Of a DNA stretch of 64,000 nucleotides, positions 52,276 to 64,000 are shown piece after piece; position 1 is the first letter of the stretch; every line of letters begins with the position of its first letter. The stretch covers positions 55,738,001 to 55,802,000 of the forward strand of contig OZ287748.1 in NCBI GenBank assembly GCA_965649765.1, in the 5' to 3' direction. This DNA comes from Bispira polyomma (Eukaryota). A program made the translations under genes and the position numbers. The notes under the pieces were generated by a model. That model did no database searches, was not told the origin of the DNA, and saw only the letters and a list, made by a program, of their open reading frames with translations.

Positions 52276-53244
52276 TTTTACATTTAAACCTTTGTATAGA
52301 CAGACTAACGGGAACATCACACTGATATATCAATTTTAGTATGCTCAAACCTGACTGATGATACACTAATTTCAAAAAAATAAACACTATTTATGTCTTT
52401 TGAGTTTTTTATACTGTATTTTATCATGGTAACACTTCTTACTAGTTCCATTTGGTATGAATTGATAGATTTTCTTTCACTATATATCAAGTTAATCGAC
52501 GCAATAATAGAATCCATCTTTTGTATCTTGTCACCACAAATAAGTATTTAACAACATTTTTCCTGGCTGTATTAGTAAAGCCAACCTACAGAAGTAACCT
52601 GTCATTCTCCTAACTAAGCCACCCTTGGTTGATCTTAAAGTTTTTAACAACAAAATAAGCATTAAACATGGTAGGTAGAAAACATATGTAATGGCAATGA
52701 CTAAAATATTACAAAATAGTACGGTTAACATAGAAAAGTCCTTACATTTTATAGTTCTATGTGTAATAGATCGCAAGTGGGTTTCTTAAAGTTATTTAAA
52801 CTGTCGAGATGTCTTTCTGCAGCCAATAGCATATAACTGTGGCAATCCTAAAAACAATGTGTTTTTTTAATGCTCCAAACAAATTTGTGAAAATTCCATA
52901 ATTTTATGTGATATTTTACAAAAATCTGTCGATGGCGATAAAGTAAACTTTGGATGAGATTTGAATACACTGTAAAAAGAAAGAAACACCAGGAACTGGT
53001 TTAACACCTCTAATAAACGATCAACACTGATCTAGAAGAGAAATATTTTTATTGAAAAAGTAGCACTGAAATATGGGTTATAAATAACCTACTTTAAATA
53101 GCTACAATGTTAATTACTTTAATTAACTAGAATAGGGGGATAAACTTCTCGTAAGATGGTACAAGTTCTTAACAAGGTTTTAGAAATGTCTAGGAATGTG
53201 GCCACCTGATCCTAAAAGATTGGTTCTAACTTAGGGTAAGAAAT

Positions 53245-53470
53245 GAACATGAAGATGTACTTTTACATAACACTTTCATATATTTGTCATTATTTAAAAA
53301 TTATGTCTTAAAAAAAATGACAATCCATAATTTCTAGCTGTACCACACTTTTTAGAACATAAAGATGTATATTTACATAAAACTTAGCTATATTTGTCGT
53401 TATTTAAAAATTATATATATATTTAAAAAAGGAATAATCCATAATTTCTAACTATACCAGGCTTTTTAAG
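53245..53470. repeat. Diverged ~110-bp tandem duplication
   Basis: gaacat.aagatgta..tttacataa..tatttgtc.ttatttaaaaattat..aatccataatttcta.ct.tacca occurs twice (53245-53354 and 53355-53470). Confidence 0.8.
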
Positions 53471-53911
53471 TTAGTTCAAGTTGAATCCATATACTATTGC
53501 GTATACCAGTAATGGTTTTTATCCTCACTCATGACTTTAGTTAAATAAAACATCTCAAACAGAGAAAAGAAATTGATTTCAACAGACACATCCACAGTTG
53601 CCTTACCGAGGTTAATTTACAGAAAGCCAATGCTTAAACATGTATATGCACTGAGCAAAGGGAGGACGAACAATTTGACATCATTGACTTTTTTCAATAG
53701 CAACAACTACTAATATGCTAGTTTTCTAAAATAAATATATTGGGATTTTAAAATTGCACAGCAAAATTAATAAACAACGACAACACTGGTGGAGCAAAAA
53801 CTCTATTTCCAGGTGATTCACATTAAAAAGTATGTCAGAGTAAAATACCCACAGGTAACCTTTTAAATATATTCGGGTTGTCGTGATTAACAGGTGTACA
53901 ATGTGTAATTG

Positions 53912-53950
53912 TTGGAGCCCAACATAGGATTTATCCAATCTTAAGATGGG
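53912..53950 (+). mobile_element. Solo TIR related to the 21657-22606 element
   Basis: tggagcccaacataggatttatccaatcttaagatggg. Confidence 0.6.
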
Positions 53951-54454
53951 AAATAGAGTCAAACTAAGGAAACCAAGTTTTGTCAGCAAAACTATCACAT
54001 CTTAACATTAGTCAGCCTAACTTAAATTTCAAATGTTTACAAATACTTTTATCAGAACATATGTTTTAATACTTTTTATAAAGTAAGAGGGATGTGATTT
54101 AGAAAAAAAACTTTTTGCAGCTTTGGTCTCGATCTAAACACTGTTAAATATGTTTTACTCATTTTAAGAACCAATGATTCAAAGTCGATCAGGATTACTG
54201 ACTAAGCCAATTTTATAGTAATTAAAAATAATAAGGGCCAGATATCTGAGTAGGTATATATTCACTGGATGAATTGTCACTTACTACACCTGACTAAATA
54301 TAATGACAAAGATAGAAAATAATTATTATTAAAACAATAGGCAGATTTTCCACATAAGCACTTTGTAAAATCTTGGTACATAAATTACATCATTACTGTA
54401 CAATAAAAAATTAATCCTACTATTTAATAAATAAAGACATACATTATTATACAT

Positions 54455-54488
<34 letters not shown>

Positions 54489-54944
54489 ACTACTTACAAC
54501 CAAATATTTATGTAATATACAAATGTTCAGCTTAATAAATAACAAGGGTAAATATCATCATCTAAAATGATAAATAAAGAAAACTCGTATTTTTTTGGCC
54601 TCCAATTAAATGTTAAAAAGACGGAAATACCTTTCTTGCAGTTCAGGTTTTACCTTGGATTGTACATAAACATTTTTAAGTACCTTGGTGCTACAGATTA
54701 TGAACTTAACCAGTCATGTAAAATATGCAATCGGCTATCTGCATTTCCTTGAAACAAATAGACTTGTTTTAACCTTTTTAAGAAAAACTGTGAAACTATT
54801 ATTTTTGATAAATATTTTTTTTGTAATCTTCAAAAATAAATATTTTGGAAGTAAATTCTCACTGTAGTACAAACGGTTTAGTGTCATTGAGGGCAACAAT
54901 TAACTTAGTCAACAGAAGCACAATAATATTTGTTCACTGGTTAC

Positions 54945-56370
54945 TTACACATCAATATCCACCACATTTATGGGGATATTATTTAAGTCAAACTCATCCT
55001 CCAAGTCAATCAAACCGTTCTGCCCGCCTTCGTCACCCATTGTTATCTCTTCATCATCAACATCATGATCATTACCAGTGCTACCTCTGTGTGGTTGTCC
55101 TACATCCCCAGGATTATTGTTATTGTTACTACTACTGGTTACATTGGGTTCCTGTGTGGTGACTATAGGGAAGCCATTATGACTAGTTGCTGGGAATACC
55201 CTGTCTGTAAGAGCCAGACGATGATGATGGTGATGCTCTGCAGCCATCGCTCTGTTCAGATGCTGACTATGGTGGTCTAGATGTTGACGATGGAGTATGG
55301 CATTCTGATGAAGCCCTGGAGATTGATTCTTAGTTTGCAGAGTACCGTCCCTGCCGATTAGATGAGGGTTGTCTCTGAACAAAGCCAGTCCTTTATGGCC
55401 TTCACCACCTTGTAATCTTAACTGTGATTCGTCACTAAGTCCGCAGGAACTCTCATCGGATCCGTCCTCACCTTGGCGTTCGTGAACTTTCCTGTGTCTC
55501 TCCAGGTTACTTTTATGGCTGGTGGCGTAGTCACACTGGTCGCAGAGGAAGTCCTTTTGACCACTGTGTACGGTGAGGTGCCTCTTCAGCAGGGCCTTGC
55601 GGCAAAAGTTACGCCCACAGAAGCGACACATGTAGCCGTTGCTGTGAAAAATCAACACATGATCGCGTAGAGAGGCCTTGTTCTTGAATAAGATCCCACA
55701 ACATTCCAAGACTTTATCACAGTCCTGGTGCATAGTGGCCACGTGCCGTTTTAGGTTGTTCTTCCTGTCAGTGATGTAACGACACTGTGGACACCCAAAC
55801 AGTTTCTTACCCAGGGGGTAATGTCCCATCCTGGTGAGTTCCATGAGGGCGGCCCGAGCCAGAGGGTCACATCCGTTCAGGTATTGCGCCATAATCCCCC
55901 CATCGGATGACATCATTTGCTGGAGCTGTGAGGGATTCATGGGATGTGTAGCACTTGGCAACCAGGATGGCAATCCCATTGGGAACGCAAAGGCTGGGTG
56001 AGTGACTCCATGATTGGGTGGGCCACAAAACGTGGGTGCCGGGTAAGTAGGTGGTTGTAGAACCGGCTGAGATAATGACGATGGTGGATGGTGCAGATGA
56101 TGATGTCCCTGACCTGAGAGTCCATTGATCAAGGGGTGAGGGTGTTGTGTTGGCGGGTTAGCGGCAGGTTTTGTCGGCGGGTACTGGGGCAGGTGATGGT
56201 GGTGTTGCTGACCCTCGGTCCTTAGACTGGATATCGGAGGGAGAGGCTCTGCATTCTTGGTGCTATCAGTCAGCGCAGGTATAGGATGCTTGAAGGCGCT
56301 CTCTGGAGCGGGTATACCGCTCGAATCTCTGTGTGCTGCTTGATTGTGATCCATTGGGCCACTAGGAAAT
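54945..56370 (-). CDS. Main (last) coding exon of a C2H2 zinc-finger transcription factor with 4 fingers, His/Pro-rich N-terminus and acidic C-terminus
   Basis: Open frame of 469 aa from Met at 56354 extends without a stop to the acceptor tatatttcag| at 56371/56370. Fingers: CPQC..H..H, CC..H..H, CRFC..H..H, CDQC..H..H, with an SGQKDF linker (55482-55793). GC content is clearly raised relative to the flanks. Stop TAA at 54947-54945. Confidence 0.93.
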
Positions 56371-56724
56371 CTGAAATATAAATGGTTTTAATGTAACTAA
56401 AAATTATAGTATGTCAATTGAAAAATATAAGCATGTGATAAGGGTTCAGTGGTTGCAACTAATCCCTACATATTTTCTTAAAGAAATCCTCATATATATA
56501 AGTTTTTAATAACAGAAAATATTGTACAGTGCTAAGGTTAAATAATATTATTGGTTTTTTTTTGGTTTTTTTTGAAATTATAAAAAAACTAGATACATGT
56601 AAGAATATAAGCTAATTATTACACATTTTTGGTGTAAAAATGATACAAAGCAAAAAATAAAATTCAATTACCATCATTGATTACAACAAAACTACTCGAT
56701 ACAAAACAATCCATAAACTCTTAC

Positions 56725-56747
56725 CTGAAGTTCAGCGATAAATACAT
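56725..56747 (-). CDS. Predicted first coding exon of the zinc-finger gene (MYLSLNF plus split Arg codon)
   Basis: ATG TAT TTA TCG CTG AAC TTC AG|gtaaga is a consensus donor. The phase-2 join to A TTT CCT AGT GGC CCA ATG is in frame across a 354-bp GT-AG intron (56371-56724). An in-frame TAA lies 18 nt upstream of the ATG. Confidence 0.75.
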
Positions 56748-56869
56748 CTCAGTTTTAAAAATTTATTGAAATTTAATCAAATATTAAATTCAATTTTGTA
56801 TGTTTCATGAGCTGTCCCCACGTTTCTCTCAAAGGATCACAAGAACTCCCCTCATTTCCATGTTGAGAG

Positions 56870-57310
56870 CCCACTGTCGTGAAAAGCAAGCCGTTGTTAA
56901 ATGTTTACCATTATATGTTCTTAAACATGGTCAAACCTCCCAGCGGACGGAATAAGATAAAAAAGCCACTATGTCAACGACACTGGACGCTGATTGGTGG
57001 ACCTGTGACATTTTTAGCCAATGAAAATCACGAGAAAGGGAGGGTCTTTAAGAAGCAGACGATCAGTGTGCTCGAATTGGCGGGTGATTTATGGTCTTTT
57101 GACGTGTGTATCATTCCACACAGACTGGGCTAGAGTTGTGTAGGGGGTGAGGAGGGGTTGGTTGGTTCACTCACAGTGCTTGTCTCAATTTTCTCTGACA
57201 ACTAGTCATCAACAGAAATAACAATTAACATCTTGATTTGCAAATCTACCCCCTTTGATCTATTTTTCCCGGGAGGCGGACCGAAAACGCAACTGTAACA
57301 CTGTGACGTT
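56870..57310 (-). promoter_or_regulatory. Putative promoter/proximal regulatory region of the zinc-finger gene
   Basis: CpG-richer island just upstream of exon 1. CCAAT boxes at 56993-56997 and 57018-57022, TGACA at 57006, TGATTTATGG (Pbx-Hox) at 57085-57094 and CCTTTGATC (TCF/LEF) at 57252-57260. Confidence 0.6.
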
Positions 57311-60300
57311 TTAGAATGAGCCAGTATTGGCTTACAAAACATGGGGGTGTTGTATTTCATGACCTATTTTATGGTAATTTTTTTTCATATTAGAAGTATG
57401 ACAGCTTTAAGATGTAGTTCTTTCTGTAACAATGAATGCAAGTGTATATGATACTGTATTTTTGTTTTATGTACTGCAATGTTGAATTTTGGGCAAGTAA
57501 ATGCAACCTCGCAATTGATAAAACTACTAAAAAATAGTATGTTTATAATGTGATTGGATTTTGGAGAGTTTTAATTTTTATTAATGTGCAAAATAATATT
57601 ATAAGCAGTATGTGATCCTTCATTTTAAAACAATGAATATAATAAATATTTGTATCGAAACTTTTCTTTTAAAAATGGATTCCATAAGGGGGAATTATTG
57701 ACTAACACTATGATGTAAAACCAGATTCTCAACAATATCTTTGGGGTGTCATTTTATGCCTTTTTTCATAGCAATTATATAATTATTCTGTTGGAAAACG
57801 ATTTTTCTTTTTAGTCAACCTTAAATATAAACCCCCTCTTCTGTGAGATAACAATATTTGGCCATGGCACATTTTCAGTGAAACCAACAACTGATATAAT
57901 TTATTTCTATACTTTAGTTTCTGTCTAGATCCTGTCAAAAAGTTGAAATGCAGCCATAGTGATTCCCTTGAAGTTTCCAAGGCCTGCCAAATGTCCATAT
58001 ACATGTAGACTGGAGTAGCGTTCATTTTGTCAACTTTCTATAGATAAATCATAGAATTACATATCTTATTTTTATGCCACATGGTAAATATATATTTTTT
58101 GCAAAGGTGCACTGGGAAAACTTTTAACACCTCCCTCCATAAGAACAATTCTAAATTACCTTTTTACATATTACAGAGATAGGTATCATTTTAAAATACT
58201 TACCATGAACTGCTAATTGCAAAGAGGAAGAACGGCTTTACTGGTAAAAAGTTTAGACTTTGTAGAAACAGTTACCAAAATACAAATATTTAAAAGCAGC
58301 AGAAATATATTTTATCATACATGGTTTATTTCTTTAGAGTTTGGCCATTTTTAAAACATATAATCTACTGTAAAGCATCCAAAATACCAGACCATATTGA
58401 TCCAGAGAGGTCTGTTTCATTGTCTCTTCAAAGCTTAGATAACTATAGCACTGTGAAGCCTGTAATCTTGTTAGCAATGATTTTCTCCCCCAAAACACAC
58501 CCTAATAATGACAGAGGGGCCTTAACAGCCCAATCTCTAAACTGTTATGTTGTCCATTTTACTGACCAAAATCAGTGGTGTCTGCCCAGACTAAATCACA
58601 CTATAAATTACACAGATCAAGGAACAACCTAAGACATTTGACGAAGAGAATACATTTGATCCCATGCTTCAATGATGACTCAAATTGAATATACTAGTTT
58701 GAAAAAGCATGGGTAAAGTAATTACAATTGATAATGTACATGAAGATTATTAGTTTAAATATAGACATATAGACAAATCTAAATACAAATACTGTTCCAT
58801 GATCTTATAAAATAATTATGAATCATAAAGGGCATTCAAATTGAATTTGATTTCCAAGCTATAGTTTAGGGAGAAAAACAGTTTAGTTGTTTTTATCATG
58901 TCCATCTGTGGCCTATTGTAACCTAGTAATTTACTTTTATTACCTAAAGAGGCTGTAGAAGTTGACCAAATTTGCACTAGCAACATTGATGGCGCCTTGC
59001 AGCTGTTGTTCAGGATGGTGTAAACTCAAAATATCCCAACTTAGACTCAGATTTAAAGTGGATGTTAATCATGCCCTATAAAACAGACTACAAACTAAAA
59101 AATATATATATTTCTTTCTCTCTGAATATTCTCTGCAAAAACACTATACTAAAAATATATATTGAGAGAGATAAGCTATTAAACTCCAAAATACATTTAT
59201 TTTACACTGGTGTTACTTCAGATTATGATACAATATATGTGCACTGTCAACAATATGACATTATTTATCATAATTTCTGTCTTTGTGTGTTTTTTCCCTC
59301 TGTGTTTCTTTTATAACTCTTTTTTAGAATAAATTAATTAACTGATGTTACCTAACAATGTCGTTTCTAAGAGATATTGTACGCCAGGTATTTTTAATTG
59401 ATTTTAAAAAGGCATTAGATAGTGTGGATTGTGCTCGGATGATTGAAGACCCCCAGCCTGTCATAGTTGGTAAAAATGGTGGCTGCATAAATGTCATGAA
59501 TATAGTGATATAAATAACATGCATTTGCCATTCTCTCTTTGGTTATCAATTATTTCATTATTTCCACCTGACATCATAACAAGGCTGCTACACATGAAGT
59601 ACAAGATCTATATCTATTCCATAACCCTAGAATAGGCAAAAAAATTCAATAAGCTTGGCCAAAAAAAAAATTATCCCTAAAAGGAATCAATAAAAAGGTC
59701 TGAACATGACCCTTTTCATCATAATGTGACAAATATGTGTATTCATTGTATATAATTGTCAAGACATACTTTTCACTAGAAAGTCTATAAAAATGTAACA
59801 TTTTAATTAGACAGCAAATGAAGATGTTTTGAATGTAGAAGAGTTAAAATCACCTAATTTAGGAAGTGGAATTGATTTATATTTATGTATACATGTGTGT
59901 TTACAGAATTATAAAGATTTTTTCATAAATGTTCCTATGTTTAAAGATTTGTATAATGCTTGGTTGGGTGAAATATAACATGCATTCAAGGAAACAGTGA
60001 AATGATATTAGGTGCTGTATTTTTAGTTATTTTAGTTAAGAGAAATTGTTTCAATCCATTCACACGGGATGTGACACATTAAGTATATAGTAACTGTTCC
60101 TATACAAACTTTGAGTCTAAAGTAGGTACAAATAGAAGTATATGGTTATCTAGCTAAATGAGTACAGTGACAGATGTGGAGTGGGTCTATCAAAAATGTG
60201 CAATCTATAATCTTTATTGAGCAGGTTTCGTTAGTTACTAGTAAAATATTTCAATAATGCTAAAGTAAATATCAAATATATATGTTTTAAAAACAGTAGA

Positions 60301-61562
60301 CGTGAATGTAATCAGAACCATTTTTTTCTTTGCTTTGACATAATCATGTGCCTTCTGTAAACACCTAAGCCTTTTGATATCCTATAATTTTAACATTGTA
60401 GATCAGAACCACTGGTATAATAATGAGTAGCTCTACACTGGTCATACTGTGCCCATATGCCCTCCATCATCTACTGACAAAAAACAAGCAACCCTACAAT
60501 TAATGGCTTCTGCTTTTATTCATCATCCATATCTTCCAGTGTGGGCTGAGTGTTGTGAGAATCACTTGTAAACAGAGCTAGGGGCATGGTATCATATTTA
60601 CAAATTGCCTGTTTTCTGTTTCAGCCACACTTGTTATTAGTCTAAGTCAAAATCTGTTATGATCAGCATTGAATATCTGTATGTTTATATGAAAACTTTA
60701 AGTAGCTCAGTTAGTCTGTATTTTTTAAACAAATTAAATATGAAGATGTAATGTTGTCTTATGTCAAAGATTTGTTGATGTTACCGTTAAATTAGCTGTT
60801 ATTTTTAATGTAACTGGCAATAATATAAATTAAAAAAAAAAAACTTATTTCAAAATGTGCAATGGGACAATTTTTTTTTTTAAACTTTTTCTTGTTAAGA
60901 TGTACAACAAAAGGTTCAGTTTAATAATCATTTTTTTCTATAATATTTTTTCAGATTTTTTTTATAATGCTGAGATCATGGAAATGAATATCATGACATG
61001 CCGGTAGTTTTTCTGATGCCCTGAGGTAAGCCTGGCATGTTTCAAGCTTTTATCTTGGCACATGACCTTACTACTGGTAACACAGGTTTAAACTGCCCCA
61101 TGGTTTTGATGTATACCAGGAGGTAACCGAGAGTGTTGGTATATTTTTGATCTGACAATAGAATTGTCACAAATTGTCCCAAGGTGGTAGCTATATGAGA
61201 ACTATTTCCGATTTAGTGTCATCAGCAAAGACAAAGGTTTCATTTTTACATGGAACTAGTCCGAATACTTTCCTTTAAGATTTAAAATATTATTCTACTG
61301 TTACTGATAATAATATACACTGTCACTTTTTATTCCTCAGAAAAGTGTGCTTTAGTCACTTGCTTAATTGGGCATGGGGTTCGCCCACTTTATTCTTTCT
61401 ATGGTGTTTATAATATTATCATTTTAGTTATAAAGAATAAAAAGGCACCAACTAATAAATCTAGTATTCTGCTAATGATACTCCTACTTAGTTTTCCTGT
61501 TCCAAAACTTTGGCATACCTCACAACTTTGGATCACAAATTGGGTCCATTGTTCTTTACTTA

Positions 61563-62370
61563 GTGAGCGTTTCCATGCAGGCAACTTTCTGAGGCGACCA
61601 GACGACATTTAACAGGCAATTTTCAATTTTTATGTTTCTATACAATTATTTGAAAAAAATAGATACCTGTATTTAAACCCGAATATCTTAGCCATTTCTA
61701 AACCGATTTTGATGCAACAAAATGCACAATATACCCGATAAAATAAGCTTCCTCACCATATTTTCATGAAATTTATACCTTCAGTAATTTTTGAGTTATT
61801 ACAAAAAAATCGGCAATGTTTACAAGGCGACGGCAATGCCAGGCGATTTTTTTCGCTCCTAGTAGCGAAAAAATCGCCTGGCATTGCCTGTCGCCTATCG
61901 GCGTTGCTCACATGGAAACACTTGGTTTTAAATCAATGAAACTGATAGAATCGCCGTCGGCCGTCGCCTGATTGCCTCAGAAAGTTGCCAGCATGGAAAC
62001 ACTTAGTGAATATTTCCATGCAGGCAACTTTCTGAGGCGACCAGTCGACGTATAACAGGCAATTTTTAATTTTTATATTTCTATACAATATTTAAGAAAA
62101 ATCGATACCTGTATTTAAACCTGAATATCTTAGCCATTTCTCAACCGATTTTGATGCAACAAAAAGCACAATATACCCGATAAAATAAGCTTTCTCACTA
62201 TATTTTCATTAAATTTATATCTTTAGTAATTTTTGAGTTATTTTAAAAAACAGCAATGTTTACAAGGCGACGGGCAATGTCAGGCGATTTTTTTCGCTCC
62301 TAGTACCGAAAAAATTGCCTGGCATTGCCTGTCGCCTTGTAAACATTGCTGTTTTTTAAAATAACTCAAA
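61563..62370. mobile_element. Tandem pair of PIF/Harbinger-like MITEs (61563-62002 complete; 62006-62370 truncated foldback)
   Basis: TIR tttccatgcaggcaactttctgaggc and gcctcagaaagttgccagcatggaaa. TTA at 61560-61562 and 62003-62005. The second copy repeats the first ~320 bp of the first copy. Confidence 0.85.
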
Positions 62371-64000
62371 AACAACAATTTATTGCAAAAACAACAATTT
62401 ATTGCATTAACTAAACTGGCCATAAAAGTACACAACTAGATTCAATGAACATGGATTTTGACTTTTTACCAAACTGTGTCATGATACTATGAATGCAGGA
62501 GACAAGATACATAATAATACCCATTATTTAAGAGTTTGTGAATTTTTACAAAAACTCCAATATAAAAACAATGATAGTGATATTGTCAAAAAGATAGAGG
62601 GGGGGGGGGGGGATAGGTTAGAATGCTAAATTATTGTATTAAAGCTTCTTTAATCTTTGAATAGAAAATGACTACTCTGTTCTGGTTTATTAGTGCTAAT
62701 TCAACCTCGACAGTTACAACTGAATTTCTAGACATACTTAACAGCCTCTTTTTCTCATACAAAACACACACTATGGTTGATATTAGAGGTTCTTTTTGTT
62801 GTATGACAAAGCACAAGCACCAATAATATCTGACGGTAGATCTACTGCAGTTAAGTGACAGATAGGGTAATTTATAGTAATAACAGTTTTTGTTTCATAA
62901 AACCTCCATACACTCTCTCCACATCCCCAGTTGTCTGTGAACAGTGTCCCACAAACTTATCAGCAAGCCATCTAGATGGTAGGTTATGGTTTATCTCTTC
63001 TTGAACAAAGTAGTTAATGGAAGTGCAATCACTAAAACCAATTACAGTTTTGCTGGCTGCTGCAGATATATACATTAAAAGTGTAGTAATGGTAAGCGAT
63101 GGAGAGGTGGGATGGGACAGGGGGTGGGAGGGGACAGGGGGAGTTTAAAAAAAGTGAATTTATTTAATTGAAGAGCCAGGCACTAGGCACGGAACATGCA
63201 CACAGTTTCTCTATCTCTTCCATTCGATCTCTCCCCACTTTCACTAATTCCCCTCCATTAACTCAATCAGCTGTAGTCCCCTGTAATAAAGGTTACCTTA
63301 ATTAAATAGGAATAGTAACTTTATAAATGGCATAAGAAATTACACCTTTCATATTCTGTCAGTTGTTCATAAGTGTTTCGTAGTTTTTAGAATTGTTATG
63401 TTATGTTATAGCTGTAGAGATTCATATGCAAAGTATAGTAATAGTTTAACATCAAAATAAGTTAATTGTCGTCTACTTCAAAACAAAATGGCGGACCTTT
63501 CGCCCCCTCCCATCCCCTATTGTTTCACTTAAGCTTGAATCAGAATGCTGTGGGCGATATTTATCTATGCAGATGTAAAGTAATGTATGTTCAATTTAGT
63601 TTAAGTATGTGGATGCCCCAATTTATACATTTGTTTTCAAGGTCAGTTTGCTGTAACACTGTATGTTTGAATGTTTTATGCTCAATGTTTAAATGCAATG
63701 ATTAGGGTTTAGAAGAAATAAATTTTAAGATTGTGAATTTTGAAAAAAAAGTATATTGCAACCAAGGTATCGATATTCAGCCTAATTTATGAATGAGGGC
63801 AAACATAGCTTGGGATTAAAAACAAAACAAAAACCATTGGTTTTTAAGATACACAAAATGTATGTGTTGTGTTTTTTCTCTGTCTTTGTATAGCTTTCAC
63901 ATTTCTAAGTACAACTTAAGAAAAAACCAACCCCCCAAATAGATTAATAAGCTTGTCCAAATGAATTAATCACATTATTCTTGGTAGAAAGTGCACAATT

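Noticed and set aside
54845-55670. Plus-strand ORFs overlapping the zinc-finger exon
   Set aside because: Antisense shadows of a GC-richer coding exon.
60139-60161. tatatggttatctagctaaatga resembles miR-9 (19 of 23 nt); tctttggttatc also occurs at about 59526
   Set aside because: Seed mismatches or only a 12-nt match, and no complementary miR-9* arm forming a hairpin.

Overview
AT-rich, repeat-rich eukaryotic (metazoan) DNA with one assembly gap. The mix of SINE and L2 families suggests a lophotrochozoan such as a mollusc, but this is inference. Only two host protein-coding loci are supportable. The first is the last exon of an M14A carboxypeptidase A-like gene (+, 2334-2521). The second is a two-exon C2H2 zinc-finger transcription factor gene (-, 56747-56725 joined to 56370-54945, about 482 aa). 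The ~52 kb between these convergent genes has no recognisable host exons. It holds L2 and L1/Tx1-like LINE fragments (one L2 with an intact RT ORF), three tRNA-SINE families, several MITEs and foldbacks, Helentron-like elements, minisatellites, and islands rich in developmental TF motifs. The most unusual structure is the 64-bp array at ~1505-2370: it consists of 13 tandem copies of the carboxypeptidase 3' splice site plus the first 33 nt of the exon (the Tyr248/residue-255 specificity loop), stacked directly in front of the real exon. No prokaryotic-type systems (CRISPR, operons), rRNA or genuine tRNA genes were seen. Almost all short ORFs in the track are spurious. Repeat boundaries were read by eye and are approximate.
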